NCBI GenBank assembly: GCA_951406725.2
Contig: OX597835.1
Coordinates: forward strand, 19,158,001-19,222,000
From: Octopus vulgaris
Taxonomy: Eukaryota
Direction of reading: 5' to 3'
Length of the DNA: 64,000 nt
The position numbers and the translations under genes are program-made. Positions 56,038 through 64,000 of this stretch are shown one piece after another (the stretch's first letter is position 1; each line of letters begins with the position of its first letter). The notes under the pieces are model-generated. The model was given only the letters and a program-made list of their open reading frames with translations. It did not search any database and had not been told where the DNA came from.

Positions 56038-56144
56038 CCATCATCATACTGAATTATAACAGTAGCAGTAGCAGGCCTAGTAGCAACATTATAGCAAAGA
56101 CGACAAAGGCAACGAGGACTGAGAAGCGTTAAGATCTCCAACGG

Positions 56145-56285
56145 TAGGCGCAGGAGTAGCTGTGTGATAAGTAGCTCGCTTTCCAACCACATGGTTCCGG
56201 GTTCGATCCCACTGCGTGACACCTTGGGCAAATGTCTTCTACTATGGCCTCGAGTAAACAAAACCCATTACAGTGGATTCGGTAA
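56145..56285 (+). mobile_element. SINE-B 5' part
   Basis: ggcgcaggagtagctgtgtg...ccttgggcaaatgtcttctactat. Confidence 0.85.
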
Positions 56286-56289
56286 ACTC

Positions 56290-57240
56290 CCATTGTGAGG
56301 CTCGTCTTTCCGCAGCTCGTCTCTTTGCGAGAGCTGCAGTCCTGTGTGAAGAAAAGATCGGGACCGGACGACTGGCATATAGAATGTGGTCAGACGCTCA
56401 TAGCCTTCGACTAATCATGCAATGGGATCGGCGGATGTTCCGCTTAAGAAATTTATAGTGGATTAGCGGCAGGGAAATGCGAAGACGTTCTCGGGGAGGC
56501 TCTAGGCACCGATGAGAACGAATTGGTAAGTCTGTTCTGGGGAACTTTTCGGTCGGAACTATCATGAATAATTTCCAGATGTCCTTGGCCTGGCAGTGAT
56601 ACCGGAGGGTTCTACCGGTTCGAGATGAACTCTTCAGGCACGGATGTGCTGTCAGATGGACCTAACCGAGGTGCACGCAGTGACGAAACCGTTCTGCACG
56701 CCCTCGTTCAGTGATAAGGCATTGCTGACATGTGGGACGGATCCGTCTGTCGTCCGACTCTGTAGTGATGATCGCATCTCCACCCTCCTTCAATCGGGCA
56801 AGCAAGGCAGTTCCCTTTTCCTGGTGGCTGTGGAGAAAGATGTTGTTTGGTGGACAAGACTGAAAGGCATGAGGACAGACAAATTCCTCTTTTATAGAGC
56901 TCTCTTTGGCCTCTTCAATTTTCACTTGAAAATGAAGTTGAGAGTGGAGAGGGAGGTGCTGTCCACAGTTGAATTTACTGAAAGGTGGATGAAAGTTGCG
57001 AAAATGGCAAGAGTGGATGGCTCCTGTCTAAGTGTAGATCTGTGAGAGGGCACTTACTCCTTGGGTTTCAGAGTAATCTCAGACAGTGAGGTTCCTGGAT
57101 TATCCCTAGAGACCTTGCCTTATCAGGAGAGCCACATGTCTATCATCCACCCCACCATTGTTCCTTTTTTTCACCTGTGTATACTATGCATATATCCCTT
57201 CTTTTTCAGTGCGTACCTTGTATACTTCATGTTTTATCAT
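56290..57240 (+). pseudogene. L1/Tx1-clade LINE ORF2 C-terminal fragment and 3' UTR
   Basis: SLAWQ*YRRVLPVRDELFRHG, a degraded zinc knuckle PRC..DETVLHALVQ, then VVWWTR...LRVERE...FTERW; stop at 57045. Confidence 0.75.
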
Positions 57241-57247
57241 TTCCTTA

Positions 57248-57649
57248 TCTTTATATATAAAAGTAAGGTTGTGTGCTGTCTGTCTCCTACGATTTAGATT
57301 CCTAACTACTCCCACATTTTGCGGTGCAGTTTAACCAAAACCGGGTATCTTATAGTCGTGATTCATATCGAGCCCTTCTGGGTATTAGCGCGCGTCTACG
57401 ATGAGTCTACGATTTAAAAGAAAATTTACCATAATTTTTTTCCATTTTAATGCATTTTTTCGCTATTAAATAAAGGAAGTAACTCTCTAAAAATGTCTAC
57501 GATGAGTCAACGATTTAAAAAAAAAATTACCATCATTTTTTTTCCATTCTTAATGCATTTTTTTTGCTATTTTTTGGCTATAACTCTCTAAAAATTCTTA
57601 TATAGTTATTTCCCTTACAAACCCGAGCAACACCGGGCGATACTGCTAG
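57248..57649 (+). mobile_element. Non-autonomous Helitron, copy 2 (internal ~100-bp duplication)
   Basis: A|TC start, CCCGAGCAACACCGGG hairpin, CTAG|T end. Confidence 0.9.
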
Positions 57650-57729
57650 TTATATATAAACCCCAACACTTTATGTTTGTCTCTGTATTGTCTTCCTCAT
57701 CATTCACCCTAGTGGAAAAATAAATGAAA

Positions 57730-57794
<65 letters not shown>

Positions 57795-58434
57795 GTTGTT
57801 GTTGTTGTTGTTGTTACTATTAATATCGTAATTTGTTTCAAACCATCTGAAACATATATTGATTTGTTATGTCATTTATATCAAACGGTATGTTATTCAC
57901 TTTGACATGGCAAGATTCATTAAAATCTTTCCTTAATTTTTTTCTAACTATTTCGTTGAAATTTTTTACATCGATTTCCACACATCTATATATGGTTTCA
58001 AGTAGTCGACTGATTGTTTTCATAATTTAATTATTCTTAATTACTGCTTAATAGAATCGAGTGTCTACTCAAAAAGAGCAAGAGACACACACACACACAC
58101 ATACAGACACACACACTTCCAGACACACACACATACATTTATATATACACACATGGCCTCGCATAACCTAATTGAGTCAAGTTGATTCGGTACTAGATTT
58201 TCAGTATATATCATAAAACAGAATTAATAAAGCCCTATGAGAGATATTAGATGTACTAGAAATAGTACACTGTTGAACTCAATGGCGTGCAATAATTATT
58301 ATTAGCAGAAAATGTATATCTCTACTTCTTAGAAAATATAACACTTGAAATACCACACTGGTTAATTCGAAAATGTTATAGGTACAATCGGTAGATCGTA
58401 CGTTTTAGATGATGTTATTTTATGTGACGATCTG

Positions 58435-58695
58435 TTTTTTGGTATTTTTACTACTATTTAAATTAGTCATTAGAATACAGCCATGCTGGGGCGCCACTTT
58501 GAATTGTTTATTGAAAGAAAATGTTGCCCCCCAGGATAATTTTCTTTGAAAATCTGGCACGACTTTTTCACCCACTCTGGGCCGAACTGCTAAGTTACGA
58601 AGATGTAAACAAATTATCACCGATTATCAAGCAGTGGTAGGGAACAAGCCGAAGTGGAGACTCATGCGCACGTGCACACACGCACACATACACAC

Positions 58696-58751
<56 letters not shown>

Positions 58752-58850
58752 CATGTATGTATATGATGAGTCCCCTTTCATTTTTCGTCTAAAACATATC
58801 TTGACGTGCCTTTGATCGGTCAGTGGCTATAGTAGAAGACACTTGCCCAA
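58435..58850 (-). mobile_element. Old SINE-B
   Basis: gccatgctggggcgcc, gccgaactgctaagttacg and ggctatagtagaagacacttgcccaa. Confidence 0.7.
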
Positions 58851-58933
58851 ATTACTGTAATTTGGACGTCGTATACCCGTGTCTACATTTCCAAAAAATG
58901 TCTTCTTGATAGGACAAATACAATCATATATAT

Positions 58934-59316
58934 TGGAGGCGCAATGGCCCAGTGGTTAGGGCAGCGGACTCGCGGTCGTAGGATCGCGGTTTCGATTCCC
59001 AGACCGGGCGTTGTGAGTGTTTATTGAGCGAAAACACCTAATAAGCTCCACGACGCTCCGGCAGGGGGTGGTGATCCCTGCTGTACTCTTTCACCACAAC
59101 TTTCTCTCACTCTTACTTCCTGTTTCTGTTGTACCTGTATTTCAAAGGGCCGGCCTTGTCACTCTCTGTGTCACGCTGAATATCCCCGAGAACTACGTTA
59201 ACGGTACACGTGTCTGTGGAGTGCTCAGCCACTTACACGTTAATTTCACGAGCAGGCTGTTCCGTTGATCGGATCAACCGGAACCCTCGTCGTCGTACAC
59301 CGACGGAGTGCTTCCA
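58934..59316 (+). mobile_element. Full-length SINE family A
   Basis: TSD acaatcatata. Confidence 0.92.
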
Positions 59317-60008
59317 CAATCATATAGGCAACATTCAAACAGCATTTCCATATGCATTTCCGCAAACAATTGAATAAAAGCATATTGCAACTAAACCTCA
59401 ACAAAACAGCAGCAAAGAGATGACCAATTCTAAGTGCATCAAACATTACTCTTAAAGATCACAAAATTCAACTTAATACTGACACAAATTCCATAACATG
59501 TATTCTCCAGAACCAACCAAGCACTATTTTTCAAGGAATTACTATATGTTTGCACTATGCGGTATTATAGAATTTCATCGCGTTCCAACTATGAAACCAT
59601 ACTTCTCAAATCTTATATTTTGCCAATACCATCAATCAAGCAATTAATATGTAATGAATAGCATCACTCACAAATACATCAGTCTTAGTTTTGTTGAAAC
59701 ATTCTGATTTAAAATGCGAAGAAATTTCTCGTTATCCGCCACACCAGTTGCATAAATAATTCTTATCTTGTTAAGCGGATTGGTAAGTGGGTGGAATAAA
59801 ATAAAACAATGACAGATCTAGGAAAGTATTAATAGATTATATCCAGTGTTATATATGAGATGATAGCAATCGCCATCTATCCATCAATCCATCCATTCAT
59901 CTATCCATCTGTCCATCCATCCATAATACAAACATATATATGTGCCTGGATTAGAGCATATGTGTGTGCGTGTGCATATGTGTTTGTGTGTGTGTGTGCA
60001 TATGTGTT

Positions 60009-60046
<38 letters not shown>

Positions 60047-61567
60047 GGAGAGAGAGAGAGACAAAGGTGATAGGATTTGGATATAATATATTTAGCGATT
60101 CCGACCTCTTTAATGTTTCATATTTAAAGATTTCTTATAAAAAGAAAAAAAAAAACCTACCTTATATATCAATTATCTGAAAACTACTTGGATTTGAAAC
60201 AGGTTTGAAAAGACGGTATTTGCGAGTGGTCATGTGAGATGTTCTTTGTCATTTTAAATTTATGTGTGTGTATGTGTATGTATGGATGCGTATATGTGGG
60301 TGTGTATATGTGTGTGTGTATGTATGTGTGTGCTATGAGTTTAGGAAAGTGTGTTTTCCTGCGATGGCAGGTCACAGAGTCAAACTATTTCATGAATTAT
60401 TTCATGAGTTACAAAATAATTCACTTAGTTATTGTGTGAAAGACATTTTTAGTGCAATTGCCTTGTTGGCCTGTGGCACAAAACAGAGTTTTATCGAGTT
60501 ATTTGGGGTGGCTTTGAAATATCTGCGTGTCTCTAAATGAGTTTAAGTGATGCGTGTGAGGGAATCTCTGTATGTGTGTGTATATGGGTGTTTTGTGCGT
60601 TTGTGTGCGCGTGTGTGTGTGTTTTTTTGTTGTTGTTGTGTAAGCGAATTTGTCCAGTTACTTTAGCAGTAGTCATTACATCATTATTAATAATGACATG
60701 CAATGGCCATCTGGATTGGTTCATCTGCAGGACAATTATTTTCTAATCTTCTCACTATTACATTGCTTTAGATTAGATAATACGTCGCATAAAAAAGTAG
60801 TCCCATTGCCTTCTGGTATATTGGATAACCTTGGGGGTATTTGTAGAAAGGAAAGAAGTTGAATCTGCTGTTTCCGAATATTTCCAGATGCTTCCTGAGA
60901 GGAGTTTACGTAATTCTTTTTATATGATGGGTTGTCGGTGGATTCCTATACGTTTGCAAGAAGACTTGAAGGTTTCACAAACAAATTTATTTTGCACAAG
61001 CTTTTAGTATGTTGCTATCTCCGTCTTGCAGTTCTTTTTTTGCATTTTTATTTGCAAGTCGAATCCACTTTAAAATTTAATATGGGAACTTGTTTCCAAA
61101 GAGTTGATTTTTTTCTTGTTCTTCTTGCGTATTTTACATCTATTGTTCCGTATACCTTCACACAAAATACTAAATTGCTCTCTGATGCGAATGTTGCCCT
61201 TGTGAACTATCCTTTTTATATTTACAGTTTGTTGTGAGATTTTCCTCAACTAAATTTCTCATTTTGGGATTTTTAAAGGTAATTGTTGATTTGTTTTACT
61301 GTTTAAAAATACTACACTCCAGGAATGTGCGTACTCATAAACGGATCAGCATTTCCTTTAATTTTTTGTCCATAGTTGATCTCTGTTTTATGAAGTCTAG
61401 TTTTATTGCTTCTATAATTCAATTATTTATAAATTTTATGGAGGAACTGTATTGTTTGAGAAGTCTTTAAGCTCACTGAGTCGAGTCTGATGTATTTTTG
61501 GTTCAACTACTATTGCACTAAATAGATACGTGTGTATGTACGTGTGTGTATTCCCGAAACACTTTTA

Positions 61568-62134
61568 GGACCTTTTCGGTTTGAACGGTAGTTTTTAACA
61601 TAATTTCTAGGTAACTAAAAAATGTTTAACTTCGTATACTGGTAGAATGTGTTTATAAAACATCTTTTTCTTTTGGCTTTATTGAGAAAATTCTATAGTT
61701 TGTAAGATATTAGTTGTTTTTTTTTTCTGCAATTTCTGCAATTTCAACCAATCAAATACGCCTATTGAGGTAAAAAACATTCTGTGTCGTGTGAATAAGT
61801 CCCTCGTTTAAGAAACAGATTGGGTTTATTTACATTTGGGAAGAAAAAAAAGATATACTTACCCCCACCCCTAACCCTAACCCTAAAACAGATTGAAATG
61901 CAATAGATCGATAATAGGGTCATAACTATGGGTGACAATAACTCTTTTTATTAACTAACAGATTGGGTTTATTTACATTTGGGAAGAAAAAAGACATACT
62001 TACCCCTACTCCTAACCCTAACCCTAACCCTAAAATAGATTGAAATGCAATTGATCAATACTAGGGTTATAATTATGGGTGACAATTTCATATGACACCG
62101 CTAGAAAAAACTGCCGTTCAAACCGGAAAGATCC
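61568..62134. mobile_element. TTAGGG-containing MITE, copy 3, with an internal ~130-bp duplication
   Basis: TIRs present; 8-bp flanks cactttta/ctctttta. Confidence 0.9.
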
Positions 62135-62232
62135 CTCTTTTAATATTCGAGACAAGTATGTTCTACCATTCTGAAGTCCTAATGAATAACAAATATAGCC
62201 ATTCCTACTATTCCCGAAAAGCTTGTATTGGT

Positions 62233-62698
<466 letters not shown>

Positions 62699-63401
62699 GA
62701 GTCATTTATGTATGCCTCATAGTGTAAAAAAGAAAAAATAATAACATCAGAGTATACGCTGTGTATAAATTTATCCCGGAATAAAAAATAAAGTTTAAGA
62801 GATCGTACATTTACCATTAGTGCATTTTTCATTTTCCTATGAATCATATATATTGTATGAGGACAATTACTAAAACACAACAATCAAATTGTGTTGTAAA
62901 AATTACGCTTTTTTTTATTAACTAATATAATTAAAGAAATCTTTAGAACTATAAAAAAATATAAACTCTTCTACGTTTTATTAATTGGCCAATTAATGGT
63001 AAATTGCTAAATATTTTTCGCTTCATTTTATTTCATTACAGTGCAGTGCGAAAATATAGGTTACGTCTAAAATTTTATCTTCCTGATTAATAATTATTTT
63101 AAGGTTTTCGTTGAACAATATATTTGGCAATCAAATATCCTGAAACAACACTCAAAGAACGTCATCTAAAATAATCGTATTATTATTACTTTTTTTAAAG
63201 AAGTAATATGCTAGAGGTTTAAATTTTAGTGGTAAATAAATAAAATATATTCTTAGTAAGTGGAACAGAATGGCATTTATAAACTTTTAAAATTCATATA
63301 TAAAACTGAAATGCCTAAAAACGCCATCAATTTCTTCTGCTATTTGAAAACTATTTAAACATGCAAATCAGGAAATATAAGTAGAAAATTTTTACTTTAG
63401 C

Positions 63402-63479
<78 letters not shown>

Positions 63480-63503
63480 AATATTAGGAATAACCAAACT
63501 TAC

Positions 63504-63898
63504 ATTTTACTCTTTTAAATTAATTTGCTTCAGTCATTTGACTGCGGCCATGCTGGAGCACCGCCTTTAGTCGGGCAAATCGACCCCGGGACTTATTCTT
63601 CGTAAGCCCAGTACTTATTCTATCGGTCTCTTTTGCCGAACCGCTAAGTGACGGGGACGTAAACGCACCAGCATCGGTTGTCAAGCAATGCTAGGGGGAC
63701 AAACACACACACATACACATATATATACATATATACGACAGTCTTCTTTCAGTTTCCATCTACCAAATCCACTCACAAGGCATTGGTCGGCCCGGGGCTA
63801 TAGCAGAATATACTTGCCCAAGATGCCACGCAGTGGGACTGAACCCGGAACCATGTGGTTGGTTAACAAGCTACTTACCACACAGCCACTCCTGCGCC
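63504..63898 (-). mobile_element. SINE family B
   Basis: Homology to full-length copies. Confidence 0.92.
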
Positions 63899-63903
63899 TA
63901 TGC

Positions 63904-63961
<58 letters not shown>

Positions 63962-64000
63962 CAATGTATTTGCTCACAAATTATAGCAGAATTCGGCTAA

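Noticed and set aside
60690-61480. Possible ancient PLE RT on the minus strand (HKGN, WPLHVII)
   Set aside because: Motifs are too degraded and their spacing is unverified

Overview
This is AT-rich, repeat-saturated eukaryotic genomic DNA. The SINE families and dense (TA)n/(CA)n/(TAGA)n/(TACA)n microsatellites point to a cephalopod, probably Octopus (inference). There is no intact protein-coding gene: almost all long ORFs in the track are microsatellite or SINE artefacts, and only a weak first-coding-exon candidate (31341-31381, minus) stands out. The window holds about 30 copies of three or four tRNA-derived SINE families, a TIR MITE with internal TTAGGG repeats (3 copies), a non-autonomous Helitron (2 full copies), and fossils of mariner, Tc1, RTE/BovB, CR1/L2, L1/Tx1, a Mag-like LTR element and Penelope-like RT, plus a 5S rRNA pseudogene. 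The most interesting signal is a set of short, non-coding modules anchored in TA microsatellites that carry minimal type I hammerhead ribozyme motifs (at least 4 sequence families, about 10 motifs). They often sit as divergent inverted pairs with one intact and one broken core. At two independent loci the spacer between the arms is a copy of nearby flanking host DNA, which suggests a Penelope-related insertion mechanism with template switching. All coordinates and alignments were made by eye and may be off by a few bases.
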